NCBI RefSeq assembly: GCF_000007005.1
Contig: NC_002754.1
DNA: 64,000 nt
Reading direction: 5' to 3' (one strand)
From: Saccharolobus solfataricus P2
GTDB taxonomy: Archaea > Thermoproteota > Thermoprotei_A > Sulfolobales > Sulfolobaceae
The first letter of the stretch is position 1. The number at the start of each line of letters is the position of its first letter. This document shows positions 32,923-43,914 of this stretch, piece after piece. The notes below the pieces were generated by a model. It worked only from the letters and a program-made list of their open reading frames with translations. It was not told the DNA's origin and did not search any database. The position numbers were made by a program, and so were the translations under genes.

Positions 32923-34560
32923 GTGCGTGATTTGAAGACATTGCTAATAGTCATTGATGGTGTTAGTTATTCTGTTTTTAATCAATTTAGATATAATTTA
33001 GATACTATGAATAATCTTATTGAAAATGGAAGCTTTGGTAAACTAGAAAGCGTTTTCCCAACAATAACACCAGTAGCTTTAGCGTCTTTATTTACGGGAT
33101 ACTTGCCATTAAATCATGGGATAACTTCCACAAAGATCTTCATAAAAGGTAATAGCCTAAGTAAACCCCTATCAGCACATAGTAGCACACCATTAAAGGT
33201 TGACCCGATATGGTACCTTTTAGCGAAGAAAGGATATAAAGTAGTAGTAGCCTCAGCACCTCAAGCCCTACCAGATAAATGGAAACTAAAAAATCTTACA
33301 TTATTTGATCCATATAAATCCAAAATTAAAGAGTGTAGCGATGGGGCTTTGCTCAATATCGGAAACACAACAATAAACGAAGTTAATTTTGATATAGAGA
33401 GCAATAATAACGAGTATACTATAAAAATAACTGATATCGAGAATAATACCTTGTCATTAAAGTTAAGGCAAAATGAATGGACCTCTCCACTTGAGGTAAT
33501 AATGGGATGTAAAGGAAAAGAAATGAAGGGAACATTTAGATTAAAGGGATTGAGTAATGGGGTTTATCTCACACCAGTATCGTTCCTAATCCCCAGTTGG
33601 TCAAATAATCAAGAGTTACAAAATGAAATATGGGAGAACGTTGTTAAGAAATACGGAATGCTTTTGGATGGTGATTATATTTCTCTAAAGTCCAATATAA
33701 TCGGTTTCAGCGAATATTATGAAACTCTAAAATTTGCATATGAATTTTTCTATAACTATTCACTATACTTGCTTAAACGAGAAGAATGGGATTTTGCAAT
33801 AACATACTTACCCATAGTAGATAATATACAACACCTTCTTTTTGGGGTAGACGATTCACAGTCATTAGATTACGTGTTTCAAGTATATAAGATGGCAGAT
33901 AACTTCGTGAAAGCGCACATAGAATTAGCTGATAATATAATTATTTGTTCAGATCATGGAATAAATAAGGTAAAAAAGAGGCTTTATCTTAATAAATTTT
34001 TAGAGGAACTGAATGTGCTAAAAACGGTTGACGATAAGAAAATAGATTGGAAGAGAACTAAGGCGTACTACGGTGGTGGAGGAATTATTAGAATAAATCT
34101 AAGAGAAAGGGAGAAATTCGGAATAGTAGGTAAAAAAGAGTTTAATAAATTAATTAAATATTTAACTATTAATCTAGAAAGATTAGAGGATCCAGATACC
34201 GGAGAAAGAATATTTACCGTGATTTATTCTAATGAGACTCCAGCAAGTGATAGACAAGGCGATATAATGATCGATGGTGTTAACCCAAAATACTCTATAT
34301 CAAGTAATATAGAAAAAGACACGATATTTGAAAATGTCATTCCTTATCGTACGACTACGGCAGATCATGGATATTATAGAAATGATGACATTAATGGAAT
34401 TATAATATTCTATGGGAAGAATTTCACTAAGAAACAAGTAAACATGAAGATAGTTGACGTAACTCCCACGATATTGAAACTTTATGGAATAAATTGTAAA
34501 TCTGATGGAAAAATTGTAAATGAGGTCTTCAAAAATGGACATGCCGATAGTACTAAGTAA
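32923..34560 (+). CDS. alkaline-phosphatase-superfamily nucleotide pyrophosphatase/phosphodiesterase
   Basis: VIDG, FPTITPV (Thr nucleophile), DNIQH, SDHG, ADHG metal ligands; GTG start. Confidence 0.85.
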   Translation: MRDLKTLLIVIDGVSYSVFNQFRYNLDTMNNLIENGSFGKLESVFPTITPVALASLFTGYLPLNHGITSTKIFIKGNSLSKPLSAHSSTPLKVDPIWYLLAKKGYKVVVASAPQALPDKWKLKNLTLFDPYKSKIKECSDGALLNIGNTTINEVNFDIESNNNEYTIKITDIENNTLSLKLRQNEWTSPLEVIMGCKGKEMKGTFRLKGLSNGVYLTPVSFLIPSWSNNQELQNEIWENVVKKYGMLLDGDYISLKSNIIGFSEYYETLKFAYEFFYNYSLYLLKREEWDFAITYLPIVDNIQHLLFGVDDSQSLDYVFQVYKMADNFVKAHIELADNIIICSDHGINKVKKRLYLNKFLEELNVLKTVDDKKIDWKRTKAYYGGGGIIRINLREREKFGIVGKKEFNKLIKYLTINLERLEDPDTGERIFTVIYSNETPASDRQGDIMIDGVNPKYSISSNIEKDTIFENVIPYRTTTADHGYYRNDDINGIIIFYGKNFTKKQVNMKIVDVTPTILKLYGINCKSDGKIVNEVFKNGHADSTK

Positions 34561-35971
34561 AAGGCATAGAAGGCTTAGAAGTATGAAAGATTGTGAGCCA
34601 GGTTTACCATATAATGAGATCGTGGAGAACGGGAAAAGAATAGACTTATGCTATAGCAAACAGTATAAAAAATATACGAAGAAAATTGAGATACGAGTTG
34701 GCACCAGTATCCTCCATAATAAATTACTGCGAATATTTCCTAATATAGTAAAAATCTATTCTAAGCACTTCATTAATTTACCAGATTTAATAACAGAGAA
34801 TACTGAGAAAAGGGAATTAATATTCATTGAATTAGAGAATTTGATTATAGGAGGAGGAACTTCTGGACTAGGAGTCCTATCAGAAATAAGTAAGGAGGAG
34901 AAAACGCTCCTAATATCATCTAATATCGAATCCAATACTGATATACCTTACCCATTACCGCAAATTAACAAAGATGAGTTCTCTAAGTTATTAAGGGATA
35001 CTATTAATGAAAATAAAGATAGGATTTTAGAGGGAATTTTATTAGGCAAATTTGATGAAGGAATAGGATTTCTTACAAAGGATAAGATATTAATGGTGAG
35101 AGCTAAAAGAGTCTTTTTAGCAACAGGCGGAAGATACATTCCACCAATATTTGATGGAAACGATATACCCGGTATAATATCAAAGAATCTTTACCTAAGA
35201 TATGGAAATCGCATTACAAAGGCGATTGCTTTAGGAAATAGTGACGATATAATAAAAGTATTGTTTAAAGTTGAAAAGAGGGTTATAATCAATAATGGCG
35301 TATTATTTTTGTCAAAATATTATAAGGAATTAATAGACGAGCTAGGTGTAGAAATAATAAATACTAACAACTTGAAAGTGAAAAGAGAAAAAGGTGGAAT
35401 GCTAAAGATAATCACTAATGAAAGATCTTTCGATTCTAATATTTTAGTTTATGCAATAGTTAAACAACCGAAAATAGACCATTCATATAATATTGGGATA
35501 CCATATAATTTTAGTGAATATTTCCACATCTATATGCCGATACATTCTATAGAGGGAAAGACTAATGATAACATCTACATAGTTGGAGGAATGCGTGGAA
35601 TCTCAGATGAATACACTTCATTCTTAAGCGGAAAAACAGCTGTTAATGAGAAATATCTAGATGAATTCATAAATAATTTGAAAGATTATACGTATATTTA
35701 TGATTATTATTATCAAAAAAATCCTAAGGAAAATCCCTCTCCGTATATTTATGGGAATAAGGGATACGTATGTGAATGTGAAGATATTACCCTAAGCGAA
35801 GTAAATAGACAAGTAGGCAGAGGATTTAGTAAAGTAGAAGAAATTAAAAGAACTATAGGTTTAGGTACAGGAGAGTGTCAAGGAAAATTATGTACGTATT
35901 CTCTAGGAAGTTTTCTAGGTGATAGGCAACTTATAACGTTTAGAACTCCTCTTTATAGAATGGTGATTTAA
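34535..35971 (+). CDS. flavin dehydrogenase alpha subunit (L-proline dehydrogenase / sarcosine oxidase alpha-like)
   Basis: IIGGGTSG, ATGGRY..F.GNDIPG, C-terminal BFD-like CECED...GTGECQGKLC; start uncertain (34520/34535/34541). Confidence 0.8.
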   Translation: MDMPIVLSKRHRRLRSMKDCEPGLPYNEIVENGKRIDLCYSKQYKKYTKKIEIRVGTSILHNKLLRIFPNIVKIYSKHFINLPDLITENTEKRELIFIELENLIIGGGTSGLGVLSEISKEEKTLLISSNIESNTDIPYPLPQINKDEFSKLLRDTINENKDRILEGILLGKFDEGIGFLTKDKILMVRAKRVFLATGGRYIPPIFDGNDIPGIISKNLYLRYGNRITKAIALGNSDDIIKVLFKVEKRVIINNGVLFLSKYYKELIDELGVEIINTNNLKVKREKGGMLKIITNERSFDSNILVYAIVKQPKIDHSYNIGIPYNFSEYFHIYMPIHSIEGKTNDNIYIVGGMRGISDEYTSFLSGKTAVNEKYLDEFINNLKDYTYIYDYYYQKNPKENPSPYIYGNKGYVCECEDITLSEVNRQVGRGFSKVEEIKRTIGLGTGECQGKLCTYSLGSFLGDRQLITFRTPLYRMVI

Positions 35972-37090
35972 ATGATAATCATTGTTGGTGCCGGTTCCCA
36001 TGGTTTAAGTTTAGCATATCATTTAGTAAAAAAGGGCTATAGTAAAAAAGATATTACACTAGTAGAATGGAAAAGAATCGGTTATGGGTCGAGCAGTAGA
36101 AACGCAGCTAGATACAGATATCATTTTTACAGCAAGGAAAATGTGGAGTACGCTATAAATGCGATAAGTTATCTAAAGAAACAATCAAAGGAACTTGAGT
36201 ATAATTCATTATTATTAAGAACTGGATATTTATGGGTCATTAACGGAGAACAAGAGTATAGTCTATTTAAAAAACTAGACAGTTTTTGGAGCTCATATAA
36301 TATAGGAGGGAAATTTATAGAATGTAAGGATAATTACGCTTACATAAAATTTGAAGGACAATGCTATTTGGCGCCTCAAGATGGCGCATTTCATCACGAT
36401 TATATACTGTACAGTTACTATTATTCGATTAAGGATAAAGTTTCTACAATTTATGATAAAGTGGTCTCTCTAATAAAAGATGATAGCAAGATAAAAGGTG
36501 TAAAACTAAGTAGCGGAAAAGAACTATATGGGGACAAGGTTATAGTTACTGCAGGAGCTTGGAGCGGCGAAGTGCTATCCAGTATTGGTATAGAGGTACC
36601 TATATTTCCAGAGAAGAAAGAGATATATATCACGGAACCTTTAAGATATTTCCTCGAACCTTTAATTATAGACTCTAAGCTTCAAATCTATTTCTCACAG
36701 ACATTGAAAGGAGAGATAATAGGTGGAATAGAAGATAAAAGGGAATACAAATTTGAGGAGTTCACAATATCCATATCTAATGCGATAAAATTTCTCAAAG
36801 GTATAAGAGAATTAATAAAGGGAATAGATGGGATAGGAATATTAAGAGGTTGGTCAGGGTATTATGAAATGACTCCAGATAGTTCTCAAATCATGGGATA
36901 TTCTAATGATTGGCCAGAAGGTTTATTTATTGATGCAGGTTATAGTGGTCATGGCATGATGTTTGCCCCTTACTCTGGGAAAATAATGGCTGATCTAATC
37001 GCAGACAATTACAAGAATAAATTCATAGATATTTTCTCGCCATCCAGATTTAAGTTAAATAAGCTAATTAACGAGACACTAGTAATTTAA
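35972..37090 (+). CDS. FAD-dependent amine/amino-acid dehydrogenase beta subunit (DAO family)
   Basis: IVGAGSHG, GSSSRNAA, TAGAWS, WSGYYEMTPD, GYSGHGMMFAP. Confidence 0.88.
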   Translation: MIIIVGAGSHGLSLAYHLVKKGYSKKDITLVEWKRIGYGSSSRNAARYRYHFYSKENVEYAINAISYLKKQSKELEYNSLLLRTGYLWVINGEQEYSLFKKLDSFWSSYNIGGKFIECKDNYAYIKFEGQCYLAPQDGAFHHDYILYSYYYSIKDKVSTIYDKVVSLIKDDSKIKGVKLSSGKELYGDKVIVTAGAWSGEVLSSIGIEVPIFPEKKEIYITEPLRYFLEPLIIDSKLQIYFSQTLKGEIIGGIEDKREYKFEEFTISISNAIKFLKGIRELIKGIDGIGILRGWSGYYEMTPDSSQIMGYSNDWPEGLFIDAGYSGHGMMFAPYSGKIMADLIADNYKNKFIDIFSPSRFKLNKLINETLVI

Positions 37091-37091
37091 C

Positions 37092-38078
37092 TCATGGCAT
37101 GCTGATCGCTATTTTACCTAATTTTTTGGAAATGTATTCGGCTAATTCTTTACCATAACTTCTCCTTCCTCCATCTGTTATGATATATTTTGCGGAAGTT
37201 CTTTCTACATAATATATAAGATCGTCGAAATCAGCATGATCACTAAAGGATACCGTATATGATTTTTCATCAATTTTCTTCACCACATTCTTAAATTCCC
37301 ACCCACTTAGCAAGAAATTATAATATTTACCGTTTCTTCGTTTAAATTCGTTATAATGAGAAAAAGAAATATACCAGCTATCACGCATTATTTCTTTAGC
37401 TTCACTTTGGCTTTCATCAAAAACTTGGCTTATATTATAACCATACTTTATTGCAATATTAGTCATCTTAGAAATTTTCCCGCCTACTATAAAAGGAGCA
37501 TCCACACCCATTTTTCTTAAACTAATCATTACCTCTTGTAATTTTCCATGATAGCCATAAATTCTCACTGGTCCATACATAAGTGCGTCTCTAACATAGT
37601 CTGCAAATAAACTCTCGACATCATCTTTAAATGGTCTTCTGAAATCAGGTCTACCATATGTGGCTTCAATTATTAAAATATCTGGATGAAGTATAGGAGT
37701 GCCCTTACCTGGATTCTTAAAATCGCCAGTGTAGCCTATTTCTAAACCGTTTTCAAGTGTAATGAGAACCTGGGCAGAACCTATTACATGATCTGATTTC
37801 TTTAGCACAATATTCTCATCCTCAAATGTCATTTTTATATCGTAATTTAAACCAAACGCTTTTCTAGGTGGTATGGCGTAGTCTAAACTTAATATATCCA
37901 GCGTAATGGGTGTTGCGATTATACCATCAGAAATTGAAATACTTTTCTCAAGACCCGTTATATGATCAGCATGAAAATGCGTCACAACCCTAAATGGGCG
38001 TTCATGATGTCCATCTATAGTAAATCTTTTACCAATTAAAATAGCCCCATTAGGAAGTATCTTTACAAGACTCTGCAC
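37092..38078 (-). CDS. metallo-beta-lactamase / beta-CASP nuclease
   Basis: THFHADH, HVIGS, YTGDF, IEATYG, FSDHADF; directly downstream of lig. Confidence 0.85.
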   Translation of the reverse strand: MQSLVKILPNGAILIGKRFTIDGHHERPFRVVTHFHADHITGLEKSISISDGIIATPITLDILSLDYAIPPRKAFGLNYDIKMTFEDENIVLKKSDHVIGSAQVLITLENGLEIGYTGDFKNPGKGTPILHPDILIIEATYGRPDFRRPFKDDVESLFADYVRDALMYGPVRIYGYHGKLQEVMISLRKMGVDAPFIVGGKISKMTNIAIKYGYNISQVFDESQSEAKEIMRDSWYISFSHYNEFKRRNGKYYNFLLSGWEFKNVVKKIDEKSYTVSFSDHADFDDLIYYVERTSAKYIITDGGRRSYGKELAEYISKKLGKIAISMP

Positions 38079-38108
38079 ATGATAACATATACAAAGCTCC
38101 GATATATT

Positions 38109-39914
38109 TTAAACGCTCTCATCTACAGCTGGTGATTCGATCTTCTTCTTAGGCTGCTTATTGTACATTTCAAGTATCTCATCAGTAGTCGTAGCATCTT
38201 CTGGACTCTTATCATCCCTCCATCTTATAAATCGAGGAAATCTTATAGATAAACCAGCATCCTTCTCTACTACGTCTTGACAACAAGTATGTAAAGGAGA
38301 TATCGTTATCTCTGATCCAATTATCTCCGCAACATAAACTGGCTCTACCCATATATCTGGTTCCATCTTAGAATTAACCCTAGGATGCTTAACGTCCCTC
38401 TTTATTTCCATTAACTTCTTTTGTAACTCATCAAGCTGTTCATCTGAAAAACCACTAGCTACCTTGCAAACGGATTCAAAAGAATCAGTCTTAGGATTAT
38501 ATGCAGCCATTAATAACGAGCTTATCTTACCGCCTCTTTTACCCTTACCGTAGAAACCGCCAACCACTACTAAGTCAACTGTATCAGCCATCTCGCTTTG
38601 ATAATCACGTTTAAGCTTTATCCATAACCAACCCCTAGCACCCGCTTGATATATTGCATCTTTTCCGATTGCTTTCACCATCACTCCCTCCCCGCCCTCC
38701 GATATGGCTCGATAGAAGAACGATTTAAGATCCTCTACATTATTAGCTTGAATATGATGAGCTATTTTTACATAATCATTTGGTTTTACAATACTCTCTA
38801 GCAATTTTCTTCTAGCTTCTAATGGCTTTGTAGTATAATCTACATCTTCATAATACATTAGATCGAAGAGAAATACGTTAACTGGGTACTCCTTAATTGC
38901 TTCATAAATATCTGACTTTCTCTTTCTGTGCATTAACTCTTGAAATGGCCTCATCTCTCCACTTTCTGGATCTATAGCTACTATCTCTCCCTCTATAATG
39001 AATTCTTTACCTTCTATGTATTTACTAACATAATCAACTACATCTGGATACTGAGAAGTAATGTTCTCTAATCTTCTAGAAAATATGAAAATTTTATCTT
39101 CTTTTTTGTGTATTTGTGCTCTCTCTCCATCATATTTATAATCAACTATGGCATTCCCACCCATTTTCTTTAATATTTCTTCAGGATTTGATAGCCTTTC
39201 AGCTAGCATTGGCCTAATTGGTATTCCAACTTGAGGCTTTAGAGTCTTTAGCGCTTCAATTCCCTTTTCTACTATAATTTTTGCAATGTTTCCTAGATCT
39301 GCCCTAAGATTATAGGCTCTTTCAATTATTTCCGATGCTGATTGCCCTCCACCAAACGCTATTGCCATAGCATCTAAAACTGTTGCATCTCCTATACCTA
39401 CTCTAAGCCGACCTTCAACAAATCTGACTAGGAACTTAGCCTCTAATGGATCTGCCTTTTTTAACAAGCCGGCTAATAATCTTATCTTTAAATCTCTACT
39501 ACCCTCTCCCGTAGTTAATGCTACCTTAGATAATGTAGAGTAAACTTCGTCCACTGTTAAGCTCTCTTTACTTGTGGTACCCAAAAATCCTAAAATTCCT
39601 GTACTTTGCTGCTTACTTTTTAGTCTTCGAGCCACCTCTCCAAGATCTCCTATCGTTTTATACAGATTTTCTACTGAATTTTCATCCGTGTTTGTGGCTA
39701 TACTGATTGCTTTTATTAGGAATTTCTCTCCGATCCCAAGCTCTGGATAACCTAAAAAATCAGGCCACAATTTGCCTTGTATAATATAAACTACTTTATC
39801 TATAATTGTCTTGTCACTTTTACTTAAAAGATCAGCTAGTAAAGCTGTAAGCTGAAGCCTCGAAGATATTTTCTCCAATTTATCAAAGTACTCGGCAATA
39901 ACTTTAAACTCCAT
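38109..39914 (-). CDS. lig: ATP-dependent DNA ligase
   Basis: KYDGER (adenylated Lys), [26 protein letters not shown]. Confidence 0.98.
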   Translation of the reverse strand: MEFKVIAEYFDKLEKISSRLQLTALLADLLSKSDKTIIDKVVYIIQGKLWPDFLGYPELGIGEKFLIKAISIATNTDENSVENLYKTIGDLGEVARRLKSKQQSTGILGFLGTTSKESLTVDEVYSTLSKVALTTGEGSRDLKIRLLAGLLKKADPLEAKFLVRFVEGRLRVGIGDATVLDAMAIAFGGGQSASEIIERAYNLRADLGNIAKIIVEKGIEALKTLKPQVGIPIRPMLAERLSNPEEILKKMGGNAIVDYKYDGERAQIHKKEDKIFIFSRRLENITSQYPDVVDYVSKYIEGKEFIIEGEIVAIDPESGEMRPFQELMHRKRKSDIYEAIKEYPVNVFLFDLMYYEDVDYTTKPLEARRKLLESIVKPNDYVKIAHHIQANNVEDLKSFFYRAISEGGEGVMVKAIGKDAIYQAGARGWLWIKLKRDYQSEMADTVDLVVVGGFYGKGKRGGKISSLLMAAYNPKTDSFESVCKVASGFSDEQLDELQKKLMEIKRDVKHPRVNSKMEPDIWVEPVYVAEIIGSEITISPLHTCCQDVVEKDAGLSIRFPRFIRWRDDKSPEDATTTDEILEMYNKQPKKKIESPAVDESV

Positions 39915-39952
39915 AGATTAATTTATATTATCTGCAGTTATTTATAATCATT

Positions 39953-40016
39953 TCACGATGATGAATACTCGGCAATTACCGATTTCGAATAATGAAGAGT
40001 CAGAGTTACTCTGAGT
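39953..40016 (+). ncRNA. box C/D methylation-guide sRNA
   Basis: Box C ATGATGA 39958-64, guide ATACTCGGCAATTA, D' CCGA 39979-82, C' ATGAAGA 39992-98, guide GTCAGAGTTACT, box D CTGA 40011-14; TATA TTTATAT at 39922-28; ends approximate. Confidence 0.85.
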
Positions 40017-40379
40017 ATATAGATAATCATATGGAGCGATTCAGGTCTCCTTTGCGAATTGTAATTTATAAATAATGCAGTTGTAAAATGTTAATATTGA
40101 TAATCATGTATCTCTGCCAGTTAGTCGCCTTCATTTAGTTAATTTCGTAGTAATCTTTAAAATAAAGTGAATTCACAATGGATAACTGAATCTCCCAACC
40201 TTGGAGCAGATGATATTAACTATAGATACTTAGAATAATAATACTACTCAAAAACAATGGTTATATCATTCTGAAAAGATATTTTCGCTCTATACAGTTT
40301 CTCATAAATAAAATTGCTGGATAGTCCAATACATGTAGGCAATGTGGTTTTAACCCTTTTCAACTACAATATTTTAGAT

Positions 40380-40934
40380 ATGATTCTATCTGATAGGGAT
40401 TTGAAGTATTATTTAGAGAAGAGCTGGATAAAAATCCAGCCTTTAAGGGAGGATACGATAAGGGAAAATGGAGTTGATTTGAGAGTAGGTAATGAAATAG
40501 CTAGGTTCAAAAAAACGGATAAGATCTTTGATCCTGATAATCCTGATCCTTCGTTCTTCCAAACGGAGAAAGGAGAGGAGTTTATAATCCAACCTTATGA
40601 GCATGTACTACTAACGACTGAAGAATATATAGAGTTAAATAATGATGTAATGGCTTTCGTAAATCTAAGGTCAACATTTGCTAGATTAGGTTTATTTATC
40701 CCACCTACAATAGTCGATGCTGGATTTAAAGGACAAGTAACAATAGAAGTAGTGGGCTCATCTTTCCCTGTAAAATTAAAGAGAAGCACACGTTTTATTC
40801 ACTTGATCTTTGCCAGAACGCTCACACCAGTTGAATATCCGTACCAAGGAAAATATCAAGGGCAAAAAGGCGTTACATTACCCAAATTTAACTCACAAAT
40901 TTCCAGCTTTTACTATCAGCATCAAAGTATATAA
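40380..40934 (+). CDS. dcd: dCTP deaminase
   Basis: [42 protein letters not shown]; start reset to ATG 40380. Confidence 0.95.
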   Translation: MILSDRDLKYYLEKSWIKIQPLREDTIRENGVDLRVGNEIARFKKTDKIFDPDNPDPSFFQTEKGEEFIIQPYEHVLLTTEEYIELNNDVMAFVNLRSTFARLGLFIPPTIVDAGFKGQVTIEVVGSSFPVKLKRSTRFIHLIFARTLTPVEYPYQGKYQGQKGVTLPKFNSQISSFYYQHQSI

Positions 40935-41574
40935 CACTATATTGCCTGAGTTTCTGGAATAATTTGTATTCTTGTTTTGTCAGATATTTTTGAACTTCTA
41001 TCTCATCTGAAGTAGAAATATTGGCAATTTTCTTCTTAAATTCCTCATAGAAATTAGAATCTATCGCTATCCTCTCTGGATCCGTTGTTATTACTATTGC
41101 TCCCTGAGTTTCTAATTTGTCAAAAAATGCATCTGGATTGTTTAACTTCAGTTCAGACTCGTATATCACTCCTTGTTCCCTTAGTATATCTATTGCAGTC
41201 TTCTTATGTTGAGGTTCAGATTTCACATTGATAGATTTGGATTCGAAGCTCTTTTTCTGTTTTTTATTAATATCTTTCATATTGTCTTTACTTTCGCCTA
41301 ATTTTTCCTCTAATATTTCTATTCTTTCCGTTAACATAGCTACTTTCTGTTTAATTTCGTCAATTTGAGAAGTAAAAGGATTAATCATGTCTTGCATCTT
41401 TTTTTCTATTCTGGATACAACTTGCGCATTATCTACTTGAGTCCCGTGAGGATAAGATGAAGAGAAAAGAAGTGATTTAACAAAATCACTTAATAAAACG
41501 AAACCTTCTCTTCTCGCTCGTTCTTCTAACTCCTTATACTCCTCATCTGTTAGCTTTATTGAAATTATCCTCAT
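40888..41574 (-). CDS. ribbon-helix-helix (CopG-like) protein with central coiled coil
   Basis: [22 protein letters not shown]...SDFVKSLL, heptads [22 protein letters not shown]. Confidence 0.75.
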   Translation of the reverse strand: MRIISIKLTDEEYKELEERARREGFVLLSDFVKSLLFSSSYPHGTQVDNAQVVSRIEKKMQDMINPFTSQIDEIKQKVAMLTERIEILEEKLGESKDNMKDINKKQKKSFESKSINVKSEPQHKKTAIDILREQGVIYESELKLNNPDAFFDKLETQGAIVITTDPERIAIDSNFYEEFKKKIANISTSDEIEVQKYLTKQEYKLFQKLRQYSVIYFDADSKSWKFVS

Positions 41575-41618
41575 TACTCTCTACTATACTATTTAGTAGA
41601 TACTGTGATAAAAGAGTT

Positions 41619-42320
41619 TTAGCTTATCTTTTGCTTCTCTAAAATTGCATTTATAAAGTTCTCCTCGTAGGGTACTCCTATAAATTCTATAGATTCATTT
41701 ATAGCTATAGCTGGTACTGACATTACTTGATATTTCTCCGCAATATCTTGATTTTCATAAGCTTCTATCACTTCAGATATAACATTGCACTTCCCTGCTC
41801 TGCAAGCCTCAAAAGCAACCATATGCGCCATTAACGCTGCATATGGACAGTATGGACAAGATGGTGTGACTACCGTTTCTATCTTTACCTTACCATTCAG
41901 TTTAGATTTTATAGCTTCTACGGTTTCTTGACTTAGACCACTTTCACCTTGTGAAAGCCTTACTATAGTCTCAACTAATGCTCTTATTTCCTCACCTAAA
42001 GGAGCTCCAGTCCATCTAATATACCCATTATAAAATGCCACAGTAGGAACTCTTTCCACGTTAAACTCTTCGAAAATTTTTCTGCTATTTTCATTTGCTC
42101 TATCCACTATATGAACCTTTAATAAACTACCATTACTATCTTTTGGTGCAGCACTAGCCATGAATTCCAGAAATTTAGTAGTAACACCGCAATATTGGCA
42201 ATTAGAGTCTGTATTGTCTACGAAAACATAAACATCTACTGGATTTTTCATATCTTTTAATGCGTCTTGTAACGCATTCTTAACTTCATCACTAAATAGT
42301 TCGGCATATTCTTGTTCCAT
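41619..42320 (-). CDS. pdo: protein disulfide oxidoreductase (two thioredoxin folds)
   Basis: CQYC and CPYC active sites, GAPLGEE, VMSVP. Confidence 0.93.
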   Translation of the reverse strand: MEQEYAELFSDEVKNALQDALKDMKNPVDVYVFVDNTDSNCQYCGVTTKFLEFMASAAPKDSNGSLLKVHIVDRANENSRKIFEEFNVERVPTVAFYNGYIRWTGAPLGEEIRALVETIVRLSQGESGLSQETVEAIKSKLNGKVKIETVVTPSCPYCPYAALMAHMVAFEACRAGKCNVISEVIEAYENQDIAEKYQVMSVPAIAINESIEFIGVPYEENFINAILEKQKIS

Positions 42321-42514
42321 TCTTTAACACCGTATATACAACATCTCACTGCTAGCATAAAAAAGTATTTCTGAACTTTTTATCTAAATCTCGTTCGTCC
42401 TACTTTATAATTATTATGTTTTTTAAGTATTTATTTAGGAATAAAGAGTTTTATTTCCAAGAGTTACCGTATGTACGTCATTATAAAAGTCAGTCCTCTT
42501 AGCTGATAATACCT

Positions 42515-43198
42515 TCATAAATTATTTATTAATTCATTTAGCTTACATTTAATATCGCTAGGCTTTATTACAATAATATCACTTCCATTTGGTTTAGTTT
42601 CTTTAAATATTATTCCATGAAATCTTTTAATTCTAACAGAGCTATCTAACCAACAATCTGGTTCTAAAGAAGCCTTAATGCAAGTTTCCGCTAGGAACGT
42701 TTCTTCATCCCAGCAATATTCCATAGGAACTTGAGGTAATAAAAGGCCGCTGTGGAGAATCCCTTTCTCAACTATTAAACCATCTTCCCCAACTTTTATA
42801 ATCTTGGGTAAATCCCACCTATCTTTTACCTTTATTTCTTCTGGTTTTGTTAACACTGTAACCTCGATAATTATATTCGCTAATTCATCTTCTTGCAGCG
42901 GATTAAATCTTGGATCTGAAAAAGCGGCAGCTTTGGCTGCAGACGCAGCTATCTGCTTCAAAGGAGCAACTGCCTCAACATAGCCTATACAGCCTCTTAA
43001 AGAACTCGTATTATACGCAATTTTCTCTAGCGTCACAAAGGCTAGACCTTTTTTATCTAAAATGGGATTATCGTACTTACTCAAATCCAACTTGTCTAAC
43101 TTGAATTCTTCCTTAATGGATTTTCTAGCTATTTCTATTAGTAACCGTCCTATCTCTTCGTTTAACTCCTGTATCTGTACCAGTTCCTCTTGAATCAT
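42515..43198 (-). CDS. AMMECR1-domain protein
   Basis: [23 protein letters not shown]. Confidence 0.92.
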   Translation of the reverse strand: MIQEELVQIQELNEEIGRLLIEIARKSIKEEFKLDKLDLSKYDNPILDKKGLAFVTLEKIAYNTSSLRGCIGYVEAVAPLKQIAASAAKAAAFSDPRFNPLQEDELANIIIEVTVLTKPEEIKVKDRWDLPKIIKVGEDGLIVEKGILHSGLLLPQVPMEYCWDEETFLAETCIKASLEPDCWLDSSVRIKRFHGIIFKETKPNGSDIIVIKPSDIKCKLNELINNL

Positions 43199-43646
43199 TT
43201 TTAGTTTCCAATTTTACTAACTCAGAATTAGCTTTAATTATTATCTCTTCAATTGTTCTCCAATGCCTACCTTTCCAATATTCTTTCTTACATTTAGGGC
43301 ATAACCACATACTTTCAGACAGTTTACTCAAAACTGAGTTACATTGAGGACATCTAGTGGCGTTTATATTTACAGATAAATCTATTTTAGACCTAAGTGC
43401 GATAAAAGCTAAATCTTGTATTATGTTGGAATCTGGTGAAAGTAGGATACAATTTAATCCTCTTTTTAGAGAACGATAGTAAATACCCCTATCTCTAGTT
43501 ATAATTATTCTTTTTTGAGTCTCAGCAATCTTCAGAATCTTCCAGTCTTCGAAATCATTGCTATAGAGTGTATCATAACCCATTATTCTCAGCCATCTCG
43601 CAATCTTACCAAGCATACTATCTACGACGAATTTTTGTGTTAGCAT
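43125..43646 (-). CDS. Mut7-C (PIN-like) RNase domain protein with Zn ribbon
   Basis: [45 protein letters not shown]. Confidence 0.88.
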   Translation of the reverse strand: MLTQKFVVDSMLGKIARWLRIMGYDTLYSNDFEDWKILKIAETQKRIIITRDRGIYYRSLKRGLNCILLSPDSNIIQDLAFIALRSKIDLSVNINATRCPQCNSVLSKLSESMWLCPKCKKEYWKGRHWRTIEEIIIKANSELVKLETKNDSRGTGTDTGVKRRDRTVTNRNS

Positions 43647-43651
43647 TGTTC

Positions 43652-43903
43652 TCATCTCAACCCAAGATTATAGATTAATAATAAACTAACAAACCATGAA
43701 GAAAGATATATCCCAGCACCTTTGCCAAAGATATTTCTTGCCTTTCTTTCTCTAAATAAGAAAAGTGAAATCATAGCTGAGAATACATACAAGGAGATTA
43801 CTACTGCAAGTACATAAATTGATGAATAAAATAGTGTTGAGATAGCTCCAGCTATAACTCCCACAATGCCTCGCATAATTAATATTTTATCTTCTACTTC
43901 CAC
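43652..43903 (-). CDS. small 3-TM membrane protein, EMC6/Rab5ip-like
   Basis: RGIVGVIAGAIS, IFGKG and terminal W..LLIYNL parallel EMC6 (by-eye alignment); GTG start. Confidence 0.6.
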   Translation of the reverse strand: MEVEDKILIMRGIVGVIAGAISTLFYSSIYVLAVVISLYVFSAMISLFLFRERKARNIFGKGAGIYLSSWFVSLLLIYNLGLR

Positions 43904-43914
43904 ATTTCTAATGA

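Noticed and set aside
40208-40274. Possible second C/D RNA (ATGATAT ... CTGA)
   Set aside because: Box C is mismatched, with no D'/C' pair and AT-only guides
40296-40301. AGTTTC upstream of dcd
   Set aside because: The hexamer is frequent by chance, lies about 80 nt from the start and lacks extended flanking similarity
40314-40379. Extension of dcd
   Set aside because: The family N-terminus MILSD begins at 40380
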